In this document: piece by piece, positions 10,789 through 22,401 of the stretch | How the letters are laid out: the number at the start of each line of letters is the position of its first letter | Position numbering within the stretch: the first letter of the stretch is position 1 | From: Nemertoderma westbladi | Lineage: Eukaryota; Animalia; Xenacoelomorpha | Direction: 5' to 3' | Assembly (NCBI GenBank): GCA_032718475.1 | Contig: JAUCBJ010007673.1 | Coordinates: 1-64,000, forward strand | Length of the DNA stretch: 64,000 nt | The notes under the pieces: generated by a model | The model's database searches: none | What the model was told of the DNA's origin: nothing | What the model saw: only the letters and a program-made list of their open reading frames with translations | Translations under genes and position numbers: made by a program

Positions 10789-13700
10789 ATGTCTGACACA
10801 ACCCAATCACTGTCGGATAGTCTCTTAGAAAGTGTTAGAATGACTGTTAGACAGTGTCTTAAAAAGATCAGTGACCCAGATCCAAGTATAGAACATCCTA
10901 GATCCAAGTCTAAGTCACCTACTATTGTCAAAAAGGCCATCCCTACAGTAGTAGTGTCAGACCCTAGGCTAGTAGATCAACGTAGGTCTATCATCGGTAC
11001 TCGGGCCCAAGTCAAGCGGGATCAAGAAGCAGCTGTCAAACAGCAGCAACATCCTAGCCTAGAACCTAGCTCCAGTAGTTCGGATACTGCTGAGCGGACG
11101 CCCGAACGCGGAGCGAAGATGGTGGATACGGTTTATGATGAACGGCCAACCTATGAAGAATCAACCGACGCCACTTCTTCTCAAGTGGAAAGCGAAGTGG
11201 AAAGCGAATTAACAGCAGAGAAGCCGCGAACTAGAGACGCCATTGACATCTATCTGTCAGACTATCAGCGATTCCTAGGAGACGAAGAGTTGAGGAGACG
11301 ACTGTCTGGACTTCGCCCCAATAATGAAGGAACCAAGCTTGTGTTGGACGCAATCGATGCGGAAATGTTAGCTGCTAACCAAGCAGAATTTGATGAAAAA
11401 CTCCGCCTCGCTAGAGTCCAAGAAGAAAAAGTAAAGAAAAGACGGATAGAGGAACAAAAGGCGGCGGCTACGGCAGAAGCAGAAGCAGAAAGAAAAGCAG
11501 CAGCGGCAGAAGCAGAAGCAGAAAGAAAAGCAGCGGCGGCAGAAGTAGAAGCAGAAAGAATAGCAGCAAAGGCAGCCGCGGCGGAAGCAGAAGCAAAAAG
11601 AAAGGCAGCGGCGGCAGAAGCAAAGGCGGAAAGGGCAGTGGCAGAAGCGGAACGGAGAGCGTCTGAGCAGACTACCCAACTGGAGTTGGAAAATCTGCAA
11701 GAGACGCAAGACAACATAAATAAACAGATAACTGCTAGTCAAATGCAGATGATGAGACGATCTACTCCCAAACGCCAGGGATACACATCATCGGAGGAAA
11801 GCAAAACCACCGATCCTGAAGGCGGAGGAAATAGATCTCGTCTAAGCAGGCGTAGAAAAACAGCTCACCGTCACAAATTGCCTGATTTGCCCCCAGCTGT
11901 TAGAAGACAGTTAGCTAGCGCAGACTTAGGTAGTACGGAATCCACATACCAACCTATTCAGGTCAAAAGACTCCCTACAATAGTTGATGAGCCTGAAATA
12001 ATTAGGCCTGTCGTTCCAAAAGTCACACCTGTGCTAGAGACCCCTGTACTTCCAGAGCTTAACTCTAAGTTCCCTTTACACAGTACTACACTGCCTGTAC
12101 CCGGTAGAACAATCCATGAGAATATTCCTGTCCTGGAAGCTGAGAGAGAAATTAAAGATTTGTCTCCCGTCGTCCCACGTCAGCCCGCTACAATGTTGGC
12201 GACTCCCGCTTCGGCGGTCGAGTGGGTAGAGGAGGGACGGCGGGGGATGAATCTCCTGCTCGGACAGATGCAGGAGACTGTCCACCAGCTTAAGGGAACA
12301 GTAAGGGAAAGTAGGGCAGAGTTGCAAGAAGTGCAGCAAAGTATCGCACTGGAACGCGACAAGTTAGTCAATATACAAAAGGGCATACCAATACCCCCTG
12401 TAACATTGTGTCAACCTGTTAGGTCTGAAGTATTACATGCGCAAGGTGTGGAGCCTACACGCATCTATACTGCTAGTGAAGTAGAAACTCCTATAGCAAA
12501 CCCTATTAAGGGTGATTATAGACCTGTTATTAATGATATTCCCTATAGACCTGATAATGATCCGAGAAATTTATATACCGATAATTCGATATTAAATAAT
12601 ACGATGGCCCAAGAAAGCTTTACGCGTCAGATGGCTAGAACAGAAGCCCGCCAAGCGGTCAAAGTGGGAGAGATCGTCAAATTCAATGGAGATGAGATGA
12701 AATGGTTACCTTTCAACGAATATTACAAAGACAGCATACAGAACTCTGTACTATCTAACGGAGAGAAACTTAGGTTCCTCATCAAGTGCTTGGAAGGACC
12801 TCCCAAGTTAATGGCGTTAAAGTTTATTGGACATCCAGAAGGATTAAGACAAGTATGGGATACATTAAACATCAGGTATGGTAACAAGGATAACATAGCT
12901 AAGTATTTGTATGCAAAATTAGTAGCCCCCCGACACTTCCTTAGTAGCGGGATTATAGAGTTTTCCGATGAGATTCAAGAGATCTGTAGACAATTGGACT
13001 GGTTAGGTAAGTCTCATGAATATCAGAGTTCCATGGTTATTGGAGCCGTAGTCTCTACTTTACCAAAGGGTGGAGTATGTACACGCTGGGACAAGAAAGT
13101 GTTGTACATGAATGAACAACAACGACGAAGCCCTACCATGGCTGATCTCATGTCCTTCTTAGATGGTGAGGTAAAACTACAACTCATCAAGCAGGCCAGA
13201 GAGAAAACATCGGAAAATAAGGTAAGTGAGAAACCCGTTTCTAGGAGAAGGATAATACCAGTGTGTTATACTGACGACGGCGAAAGCCAAGCTTCTCAAG
13301 AAGAGGACAGCGGGAAAGACACAGCAAAATCTTACTATGACAACAAGACCTATAAAGACGTAAGTAAATACAAGTCTCGAATCAGTGACAGGAGAGAACA
13401 GGTAACAACAACTCCTCCTACGTCTCCTAAGAGAATTCACGGAAGAAAGCCCGAAGAAAGAACGAGAGTGCATAACGTTACCCAAGGTAAGGTGAGTAAC
13501 ATCAAACCAAAATGTGCGCTGTGCGACGGGCCCCACCGTTTGAGTGCGTGTGCTGAATTTCTAAAGAAATCCCCTGTAGACAGACGTACAGTCCTGTGGA
13601 GTAAGCGGTTATGCTATAATTGCCTCAGATCAGGACACCAACGGCGAACCTGTTACTCCGACGTAAAGTGTGCAAAGTGTGGCGCGAAACATCACATCTT

Positions 13701-14946
13701 GTTACACAGTGAGTTCGAACGAGACAACCCGAGTCAGGTAAGTGAGCCCGAACTACATGTCCAATTCAGTGATGTAAATGACACTGATCAAGAGTCTGAG
13801 ATGGAAGGATTCTATACTGACGAATTCTCCGACGCCAATGAATCCTGTTACCTAATAAATATCTCAGTGTATCGAGCACTTACTTATGAAAAGGACACCG
13901 ACAATGAGTTCCCCCCAACTACTTTTGCCAGACAACCATCTTGGAAAGCTCCAACTTCCAACGTAGGAATCAGAGAATTTCCTGTAGTGCAGGTAAGAGT
14001 TCATGGTCCTAACAAAAGTTACATAGTGAACGCCCTCCTTGACTCCGGCAGCACAGGAACATTCATCGATCAAGAACTAGCCGAAGATATCTTTGCTGGA
14101 CAACCCAAATTCCGGACTAAATTGAATATGTTAGGAATTATGCAGGTTTGGAAATCTACCCTAACGGCAGATTACTATGTAGGTGTGTTGTCCACCCCCC
14201 AGGATAAATTAGGAGCACAAGGTATAAGGTCGGTAAAAATGGTGGCTATAAAGAACTTCGCTACTACCCAAGCAGACCTTTATAATTGGGACGAGGATGA
14301 GAGCATCCAACATCTTAAGATACCTCGATTCCAGACAGATTATCCTGGAGTGCAAATACTCATCGGCCAAAACGCGCATGAGGCGCTCGAGACATTGGAG
14401 AAACGGCCTGCTCAACCGCAGCCACTACAAACCTATGCGGTAAGAACTAGAGTAGGTTGGTACTTCACTGGCCCTTCCCGTAGAACTCTCAAAGAGAGAT
14501 TACCTCAACAACAGGTATACCAAGTAAAGGAATGGGAAGTGGAGAGCAGTGATGTGGACGATCCAACTGAGGGAACACCATACTCCTCAGATAATGACGA
14601 TATTAACTCCAATGTAGATCAATGGAGACATTGCCTTGGGACGATTAATCCAGCCGACATCGCTTCCAGAGGAGCAACTCCTCAAGAACTGATAGATACT
14701 CCAGGCTGGTTAGGTGGATCCGACTTCTTAAGTAAAGAAGAAGAAGAATGGCCTCCTCATTTTACAACGGCGGAGATTAGACAGGCCAAGGGAGCGGAGA
14801 AAGTAACACAACAACTCAATCGCCCAGCTAGTCGTTTATGTTTACTGGAAAGAGACCGAAAACTGTCCGGAAACTATGGAAGGCAAGATACTCTTCCTAC
14901 GACCACTTCCCTAATCCGACAAATATCTAGGGACTCTATAACGTAA
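10789..14946 (+). CDS. gag: BEL-1 Gag-protease polyprotein (1385 aa); RT, RNase H and integrase removed by in-frame deletions
   Basis: Ala/Glu coiled-coil repeats; DUF1759-like KFNGD..W..F...EKLRFL segment; three Bel-type zinc knuckles (CALCDGPH..C, CYNCLRSGH..C, CAKCGAKHH.LLH); protease LLDSGS. Only short pol remnants follow (QWRHC..INPADIASRG; RPASRLCLLE). Confidence 0.92.
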   Translation: MSDTTQSLSDSLLESVRMTVRQCLKKISDPDPSIEHPRSKSKSPTIVKKAIPTVVVSDPRLVDQRRSIIGTRAQVKRDQEAAVKQQQHPSLEPSSSSSDTAERTPERGAKMVDTVYDERPTYEESTDATSSQVESEVESELTAEKPRTRDAIDIYLSDYQRFLGDEELRRRLSGLRPNNEGTKLVLDAIDAEMLAANQAEFDEKLRLARVQEEKVKKRRIEEQKAAATAEAEAERKAAAAEAEAERKAAAAEVEAERIAAKAAAAEAEAKRKAAAAEAKAERAVAEAERRASEQTTQLELENLQETQDNINKQITASQMQMMRRSTPKRQGYTSSEESKTTDPEGGGNRSRLSRRRKTAHRHKLPDLPPAVRRQLASADLGSTESTYQPIQVKRLPTIVDEPEIIRPVVPKVTPVLETPVLPELNSKFPLHSTTLPVPGRTIHENIPVLEAEREIKDLSPVVPRQPATMLATPASAVEWVEEGRRGMNLLLGQMQETVHQLKGTVRESRAELQEVQQSIALERDKLVNIQKGIPIPPVTLCQPVRSEVLHAQGVEPTRIYTASEVETPIANPIKGDYRPVINDIPYRPDNDPRNLYTDNSILNNTMAQESFTRQMARTEARQAVKVGEIVKFNGDEMKWLPFNEYYKDSIQNSVLSNGEKLRFLIKCLEGPPKLMALKFIGHPEGLRQVWDTLNIRYGNKDNIAKYLYAKLVAPRHFLSSGIIEFSDEIQEICRQLDWLGKSHEYQSSMVIGAVVSTLPKGGVCTRWDKKVLYMNEQQRRSPTMADLMSFLDGEVKLQLIKQAREKTSENKVSEKPVSRRRIIPVCYTDDGESQASQEEDSGKDTAKSYYDNKTYKDVSKYKSRISDRREQVTTTPPTSPKRIHGRKPEERTRVHNVTQGKVSNIKPKCALCDGPHRLSACAEFLKKSPVDRRTVLWSKRLCYNCLRSGHQRRTCYSDVKCAKCGAKHHILLHSEFERDNPSQVSEPELHVQFSDVNDTDQESEMEGFYTDEFSDANESCYLINISVYRALTYEKDTDNEFPPTTFARQPSWKAPTSNVGIREFPVVQVRVHGPNKSYIVNALLDSGSTGTFIDQELAEDIFAGQPKFRTKLNMLGIMQVWKSTLTADYYVGVLSTPQDKLGAQGIRSVKMVAIKNFATTQADLYNWDEDESIQHLKIPRFQTDYPGVQILIGQNAHEALETLEKRPAQPQPLQTYAVRTRVGWYFTGPSRRTLKERLPQQQVYQVKEWEVESSDVDDPTEGTPYSSDNDDINSNVDQWRHCLGTINPADIASRGATPQELIDTPGWLGGSDFLSKEEEEWPPHFTTAEIRQAKGAEKVTQQLNRPASRLCLLERDRKLSGNYGRQDTLPTTTSLIRQISRDSIT

Positions 14947-16577
14947 TAACATATGGAGTGGGCGTGTGACTATATCATTTTATATTTGTTTTTATTTTAT
15001 ATTTATGTATGTATTATTATGTAATTTTATTATAATCGTTTTCTTTAATTTTATTTAGTAGAATGTTATTTTAGTGATTATTTAGTAGATTAGTGCAATA
15101 TATTAGTGTTTATTACGTACGTAATTACTTATAATATATATTAGTGCGACGGCGAGAAATAATTATTTTTTCTCTTTCCTTACTGTCCGTATCATATTAT
15201 AAATACGTGACTACAGTAAGATGAAATGTCCGTACTTATTAAAGTACAATAAAGCTCCTACTATACTTCAAGTATTATTGGTAGGCAGAGTATTAGGAAT
15301 GCAAAGTTCAGATCCTCGTGTCTCGGCTAAACCAAGCTCTGGGTAGACCTTGGAAACGACTTGCCTCTTCACACTGACATTGCTTCGTGCGATATTGCTC
15401 TTCTACCTTATATTAAATAATACATATAGTAGCGTGATGTCCCTCTAACAGTAGCGTAAAACGCAAATAAATCTGTTAAACCTTTTGACCATCTGTAATT
15501 CTAGTCGATTAAGATATCGCGGCACCCACCGATATACTTGAAAGACAAATTCTAGAATCAGTGGTTAACGTCCCCAGACAAGTTCTGGAATAAATCGGTG
15601 CCCATCTTAAATATTAATTAATATTTATTAAAATCTGTAAAATTCGGATACTTTAAAATTTCTAGTCAATTAAGATATCGCAGCACTTACCGATACTCTT
15701 AAAAGACAATTTTATAGAATTAAAGATCCTCAGTCCCCAGACATGCTCTGGAATAAAATTTGTGTCAATTTTAACATCAAATAATAAAATTCACGGGAAT
15801 AAATTTAAATTCATATTTTTAAATGAATTTCATAAATTGTCATTTTGTACAATTTATAACATTCCCAAAATTCCATTAATTAATAGATCACGGGAGCGGA
15901 GATTCATCCTATTGAGTGTATTAGAGTGCGAGAATCTCCAACATATAGTCAATAGCCGATAAAATTAATAAAATCATACATAGAGAGGATATTGACAATT
16001 AAAGAATTATTATTAAATAGCATCCCAGATCTGTATGCATGAGAATTACCCTAATTCTACCGCTAGCATTCCATAATGTCACCATAGCAACACCCACGCT
16101 AGAATTAGAAGCAAGTTAAGAGAACAATAGAAAGCTTGTCCCATTGCATAGCATAGAGAATACATAATACACTGTTAGTATCCAAGGATACACAGTAATA
16201 ACGTGACATTCTGGAATGCACTGACTAACGGACAAATGGCCTGTATGTGTACAATTGGTGACAGTTGTGTGGAATTTGTGCGTTTATAGGTGAATGTTAC
16301 TGCTAAAGTATGTTTACAGTAGCTAGTCGCAATTGTGAAAGTAGCCCAACTCTCCTATAGAAAGAACCTAAAGTGGATTCAAGCCTTTGGGACGGACAGT
16401 GGAGTGACTTGTGCCGGTTATCGTTGTCGTGCTGTTGCTACATGTTAGCGTAAACACCGCGACGACGGTACATCGGCGCTGAGAATCCCACTGTCCGGGG
16501 GCGAAGAGAGGTAGGCAGCGACGCCCGCTCGCCTAAACATAAACTCATTACAATATTAATAAACTCAGATAGCAGAT

Positions 16578-17910
16578 ATGACGGAGTTGATAGAAGATGA
16601 TCTTGGTATCAGGGAGCGATATACTCTAACTTTACAAGCATTTGTGGATAGCTTGATACGCGGTGAAACCGATCCAACCATTACGGAGGACGATGGTCGT
16701 CATATCGAACCGCCGATGTCCCAAGAGCAACTTACGCGTGAATTGGACTATCGAAAATTCACCGCTCGCTATACGCATCGTAATAATACGTATATGGACC
16801 TCCTAACTACCGGCCATCCTATCGATTTACATGATACGGACGATGTAGACACCGAAAGGGAAATGGTTCTATTTAAATATCATACCCAGCGACAACGATT
16901 ACATCCTAGAATGGTATCAAGGTCCACAGTGTCTCACTGCGTACAATTATCGCCATGCCAACTATGTTTCTCGGCAACGTTGTCGGTTATGCGCATCGAG
17001 AGACCATGTTACGCCCATGGACACAAACGTCCGCTGTTCCTATTTCCACGAACAACCGGTGATGGAAATTTATTGCGCGTATTGCAGACTCAATAACTTG
17101 CACATTTTTGCGGTTTGCCCTCAATTTATGACTCAATGTCACCATTGTCAACTAAAGGGACACGCCAGTTTCGATTGCCCTTTTAATCACGATTTGGAAA
17201 GCGTAGATGAAATGATCACACTACGTTACATCAGAGCTTGGGAAGCGAACGCTGATTTACATTGTGATTCGCGCCATCGTTATTATCCTGGACGCGCTTA
17301 CGAAGGAATTTATGCGTTCCATCCTTATCTATTCGCTTCTGTCGAACAGAAATCACGCATATCGAGTTACGAACTACTGAAGCGCGTCGGAGAATGTATT
17401 TCAACCAAGTTCGTACGCAAATTTCTCAGGAGTGTTAATCCTAGCGACCTTCATTCCTATAACTTAATCAATTATATCCGTTAGGATCCGGACTATGGAG
17501 ACTTATTTGTTAACTCACACCCCGAGTTACAGGAAGTGTATCGACGACCTTACGAATACCGAGCCCGCGAACGCGAGTTGGAAAGAACCATTAAACCCAG
17601 GAGGTTTCTAACTGCCTATGGTCCACCCACGGCCCTCGTTCAGACCACTCGTAAAGGACCCGTAAGAGCGGCTGTCTTGAAACGAGCTCTCAAAGCCGTT
17701 AGACCCCTCTCCCCTGACGTTGATGTCAATCAACCCGGTACTTCGACTGGCGGATACACCGACCATAATCCTACACCCTCTGATGCAATCATATTGCACC
17801 CTTCACCCAGGAGTTATAGCCCTCCTTGTAAAGTGGCTCGCCCCAAAGAGAAAAGGACTCTGGCTAGCTTTAAAAGACTGCGTAAACGCCGTCCGCGCAA
17901 GAAAGACTAA
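16578..17910 (+). pseudogene. BEL-1 remnant of the extra ORF3 (N-terminus joined to the zinc-knuckle C-terminus; exonuclease core deleted, frameshifted)
   Basis: Matches BEL-3 52941-52628 and about 49735-48717. The junction falls at microhomology CAGCG near 16890. Confidence 0.88.
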
Positions 17911-17980
17911 CTGTTTAGAGTATTTACGTATATTAGAAACTGTGATTTTGTATATTTTATAGACTCAAATCCCATTTTCT

Positions 17981-17988
17981 GGGAGCGG
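17981..17988 (+). promoter_or_regulatory. BEL-1 polypurine tract GGGAGCGG
   Basis: Immediately precedes the 3' LTR, after a T-tract. Confidence 0.85.
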
Positions 17989-19252
17989 TGTAAAAGCTTC
18001 TGTGGGATATAACTGGCCCCTTTGCTTCGCAATCCAGTTTCCCCCCAGGCGCTGGAATACTCTAAAAAGGTTCTCTAACTGTATATATATATTCCCCTCG
18101 CCCGCAAGGTACCGTTATAGGTGTTTTAACGGACATAAAAGTCATTCTGCTATATACGTGTTTTGGCGGACATGGTAAGGCAAAAAACCTGCAATGCACC
18201 AAATACCTTTCACAGCTTAGCCGTGATGATTCATATTACGACATCTAACAGCTGGTTGCTGACATGGAAACAGCCATTGGACGCATGGTTCTTTGTTTGG
18301 CTTGAGCCAATCAGAGCGATTTTTCCTGTCGACGTGTAGCTTTTCGGCCGATCATAAGGAGAGTGTTCAGTCTTACTGTTTTTACTTGATACTTTGTGTT
18401 ATTGCTATCTAGGCCAGGAACAACGGCTCTAGAGTCAATTCGTTTTCATACTTTAGAAGAAACATTAGTAGGCTTAAATTATAGAGCGTATGACTGTTAT
18501 CGATTCATATCAATGCATAACAATACTTTGTTCACATCTTGTCATATCATATCTTAACTTACCGTCTTAATGCTGTTTACTGTTGTGTTTTGGTTGAATA
18601 TTATTTGGAGAACATATATAAAGAACCCAAATTTCCCAATTTTCTTGATACACTACAGGTTAGAGAGGCGGGTTATATATAGCGATTGCGACTTATATTG
18701 TTGTGGTTTGTAGTGAATTTAATGCTATTTGATAAGCACTACATTGGTCCGTTGCTGTTCTCTTTATATATGATAAAATTCATTGACGGTCGGCAAATTA
18801 GTGTGCAGTATTGTGTGTTACCGGTAGTGTGCATGATTGTGACTGATAACTAAGCATTTCCTAAAGAATGCGCCTCATACGTGAATCTTAAGCCTTACCG
18901 ACTTACCGTTGTGATTAGTATAAGTCATATCTCGGTTTACTTAGATAGAGCGCCACGTCCTAAAGGAACTGTTAATATTTCCCGAAAGTAAATAATATTA
19001 GTCAGAAATTAATTATTAACGATCAATCGAATAATACAATACAGTAAGCTTCACTGCAATAATAATTTAAGCCCTCAGAATCCAGTCTCCCGGGATTATC
19101 CAGCGGGTGAATGGACGCGCACTAGGCTGGCTTCTGCTAATGTTGTGTTTATTGGTAATAAATATTTGTCATCTTCTAAAGTATATTTATAAACCAAAAG
19201 ACATATAAATTTTGGCGGGTTAAACTGCTAAAGGTCTTCAAAAGCGCGTACA
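17989..19252 (+). repeat. BEL-1 3' LTR (1264 bp)
   Basis: Direct repeat of 7262-8523, followed by the TSD TATGA. Confidence 0.97.
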
Positions 19253-20053
19253 TATGAGGTATATTGATAAAATTATTTGCGACCTAGAGCGCTGCGTACA
19301 AGTAATGTTATATGAAATATAGTTATTTTTAATCCATTTAGGGTCTATTCTCTATTCTATGTTATCCTAATGACCTGAGTAAATGTAACATACTTAGTGA
19401 AAGCGTCCCGATGTTAAATACAGTATTTTTAGAACTAAACCTTGATTCTTTTTATAAATGCTATAAACTCGGACAGTTGAAAACTGTTGTTCACCCAGGC
19501 ACGGAGCGAGTGGCTGGGTGAACAACCAAACATTTATATTCGGAGCGCTTCCCCCCCCCCCCCCCCCCCCCCCCCTCGAAAAATTGCGGGGGGAGGGGGG
19601 GGGGGGGGTATTAGTGACAACAACAAACATCTTTGTTTTATAACTTGCGATATTCAAAAGTTATATTCGATTATCGTATATAATAATTAATAATTCGAAT
19701 TAAGCGATAATAAATTAATACATCTCCTTATACTGAGATTTACTTCGAGACTGTTCCCAATTCTCTCTCTCATCTTCATATTTTTTTCAAGTCAAAACTT
19801 AAATATTATCGTACGTGTAAAAATAGCGTCTCTTCCCTCCTCGTATCTTCTCTTCGATTTGTCACCCGCTCTCTTTATCATCTTATTTACTCTTCTCTTC
19901 TATGCGTTTCTTTTCTTATCTCTTCTCTACTATTGTTATTTCTCTCATCTTCTAAAACTTCTAAAATTTTTAGTATGTGGGGCGAGCCACGAAGTTGGCG
20001 GAGCCTTAGCGAATTGACACTGTTAGGGGGTGGGTCAATTTATGCAAATAGTT

Positions 20054-20085
<32 letters not shown>

Positions 20086-20475
20086 CGTCGTCGTCGTCGT
20101 TACGATTTTGACATGCTAATAACTTTGTCGGATTTAAAGCTGCCAAGTTGAAAATTTGTAGGTATCAATATGAGCAAAAGTTGAGATTTTTGAGAGACTT
20201 TCAGACACCATCAGTGCAATGGTCTCCCGCTAGAGGGCCACATGTCTAAACATTAAATGCCCTCCCATTTCTTTGCTTTTAATCCGTTTAAGCTGAAACT
20301 TGGCAGATATGTATTAGACCATTAGCTGTGACTTTCAAAGGAGGCGAATCCATCTGCAGTTCTCCAGTCTGCCGCTAGAGGGCCAAAGGTCTGAAAGTGA
20401 AATCGTTGTCGTCGTTACGATTTTGACATGCTAATAACTTTGTCGGATTTAAAGCTGCCAAGTTGAAAATTTGTA

Positions 20476-22401
20476 TATAGAATTATATTCCCTAAATGCC
20501 GTGGATTTTCAAAATTTTATTTTATTCGAATTAACTTTGTAAAGATTGCTTTGAGTTCTCATTAGTATTGGTTCTATCTATTGTGTATCTATCGGTCAAG
20601 TGGTTCAGTAGCTCAGTTGGTAGAGCGTTGGAAATTATATGTGTAGTAGGTATCGAGTTCGAATCCTAATAAGTGCGAATTATTTTTTGTGCAGAATTTC
20701 AACTCATTTAAATTAACCGCTACAAATTAATTGCATTTGTCTGTACCAATGAGACCGTAGTTATTTGATTGTAACCAATGTTGTGTAAGTTATATATTAG
20801 CTGGACCAATAAGCTATCTTTAAAACCTTGTTAGAACCTATAGAACAATCGAGAATTTTCTCGATTGATTGCGGCACAAATTTGGTATAAAAAGGTGCGA
20901 TTTCGTTCATTAATAAAATCTACTTTAGTTCACTTACTACTACTTTAGTATACATTATCTTATCAATATTCTGTCGTGCTTAGTTTATTCTCAGATTACA
21001 TTGTATTATAATTGTATCTTCTGTAATAAAGTCAGAATATTCTCTCAGCTTTTCTGTTTTACTATGGTTTCACTACGGTGAACAAACTCGGGGACAGGAT
21101 GGCCAGCTAGAGATCGGGCCGCAGCAATGAACGGGAACATCACGGGAATGTAGACGAGAGACAACCCGCAATACCATTTAGAGTTATTCGCCCATCGCCT
21201 GAAAGGTTAGACAGCGTTCGATCCTTGCTACCTAAGTGTAAGACCAAAAGATCAAAGGTAGACGTAGTGACACGCTGTAAGCCTAAAATTACATCATAGG
21301 GACTGTACTGTCTTGATTCAGGAAAAAACCGCAGTAGACCTTCATATTCCTACGGGAGGAGAGAGAGCAGATACTAGTACGCAGATAGGACGTAGGCACA
21401 CCGGTACAAGGCATACACATTGGTTAGGGTGCAGCAAACTGTACGCTTAACTCTTGCTAAGTACAGGTGTGTGTGCGACTATTTGCAGTACGACCGTGTC
21501 TATTACATCAGAACTTGTAGGCTAGGGGGTTGCTGTGTTTTCACCTGAATTGGGATTGTACCGTTCAGGCGGTAGGGCAGTTTACGCTAGGCGCAAATAA
21601 ATTGAGGCTATCAGGGATATACTAACATCTACCGTGTCCCCGCCAACGCCCTAATAGGAAGTTACCCGGACTACCTGGGTGACTAAAATTCTGGATAGGA
21701 GCCAGGATAGCTATTAGTACCCGTACGCCTACAGTAGTAAACTAACACATCTCTTCTTAGTATCAGGGACCTGGTACCTAAAATTGCCGAATTCTGGGCG
21801 TAGTATTAACCTTATGCCTGAATTTGAGTCCTGGAAATACGCAAGAGGGGAAGGAACCTTATCATTCGTGAGTATTAGACCTACAAGTTATAAAATTAGA
21901 ATATTCGTAAAATGCACACCGTACCCAGTAATTATATATGTGAAGGAGCAAAACTGCTTTGACCGTTCAGAATTAACACGCGCGCGTTAGAAATTATTTA
22001 CACCTCAAAATATATAAAATTAACTTTCGTCCTTACTGCACTTTGCTCGCTAGTTAGACATCTCCAAATATCTGCCTCTGTACCTAGCTAGCGTCTCTTT
22101 GCCCAACCATATAAATCACACCGCGGCAAAGTATACGAGCCCCTTAGTCCGTCAGTGAGTCAGCCTGATTTTAGGATTCGCTGCGCGGGATTTTGTTTTA
22201 TCGAAGTTTGTCTGCTCGTAGACTGTTTTCTGCCTCACCGGTTAAAAGAGATCGATACTGCAATATATTCGCTTACTTAGGGTTTACTGTTTTGGTGAGA
22301 AGGTCGGATTTATGATTTGATTTACAAACTTTACAGTAGGATATTGCAGGTATTGTTACCGTCTCTTCCGATAGTAGGAATAGGCGTATCTCTCCAATTT
22401 A
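20476..22401 (+). repeat. BEL-2 5' LTR (1926 bp), termini TATAG...ATTTA
   Basis: Direct repeat of 38361-41522 once the nested insertion is removed. TATA-like TATAAAAAG at about 20886. Confidence 0.95.
20602..20676 (+). ncRNA. tRNA-derived Pol III promoter-like cassette inside the BEL-2 LTR (second copy at 38487-38561); not a functional tRNA
   Basis: A box TAGCTCAGTTGG with D-arm GCTC/GAGC and B box GAGTTCGAATCC. Anticodon and acceptor stems are degenerate. Confidence 0.7.

Larger units (their letters stand above)
7262..19252 (+). mobile_element. BEL-1: internally deleted, non-autonomous Bel/Pao LTR retrotransposon (about 12 kb)
   Basis: Two near-identical LTRs (TGT...ACA), a 5-bp TSD TATGA (7257-7261, 19253-19257), PPT GGGAGCGG and a Bel/Pao Gag-protease ORF. 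Confidence 0.96.

Noticed and set aside
11265-14415. Antisense ORFs over BEL-1 gag (and similar ones over BEL-2 and BEL-3)
   Set aside because: Shadows of Ala/Glu repeat codons and long sense ORFs, with no independent motifs.
19551-19610. Poly-C / poly-G inverted runs (and the G-rich tract at about 40190-40247)
   Set aside because: Simple homopolymer tracts common in invertebrate repeats; no evidence of a specific function.
20472-20476. Canonical TG start for the BEL-2 LTR at 20472
   Set aside because: This TGTA belongs to the TTGTA target duplication. The 3' LTR begins TATAG directly after the PPT.
20602-20676. Functional tRNA gene
   Set aside because: Acceptor and anticodon stems do not pair; only the A and B boxes and D-arm remain.
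21784-21990. 68-aa ORF duplicated at 40905-41111
   Set aside because: The identity simply reflects the two LTRs. It has a non-ATG start and no recognisable domain.
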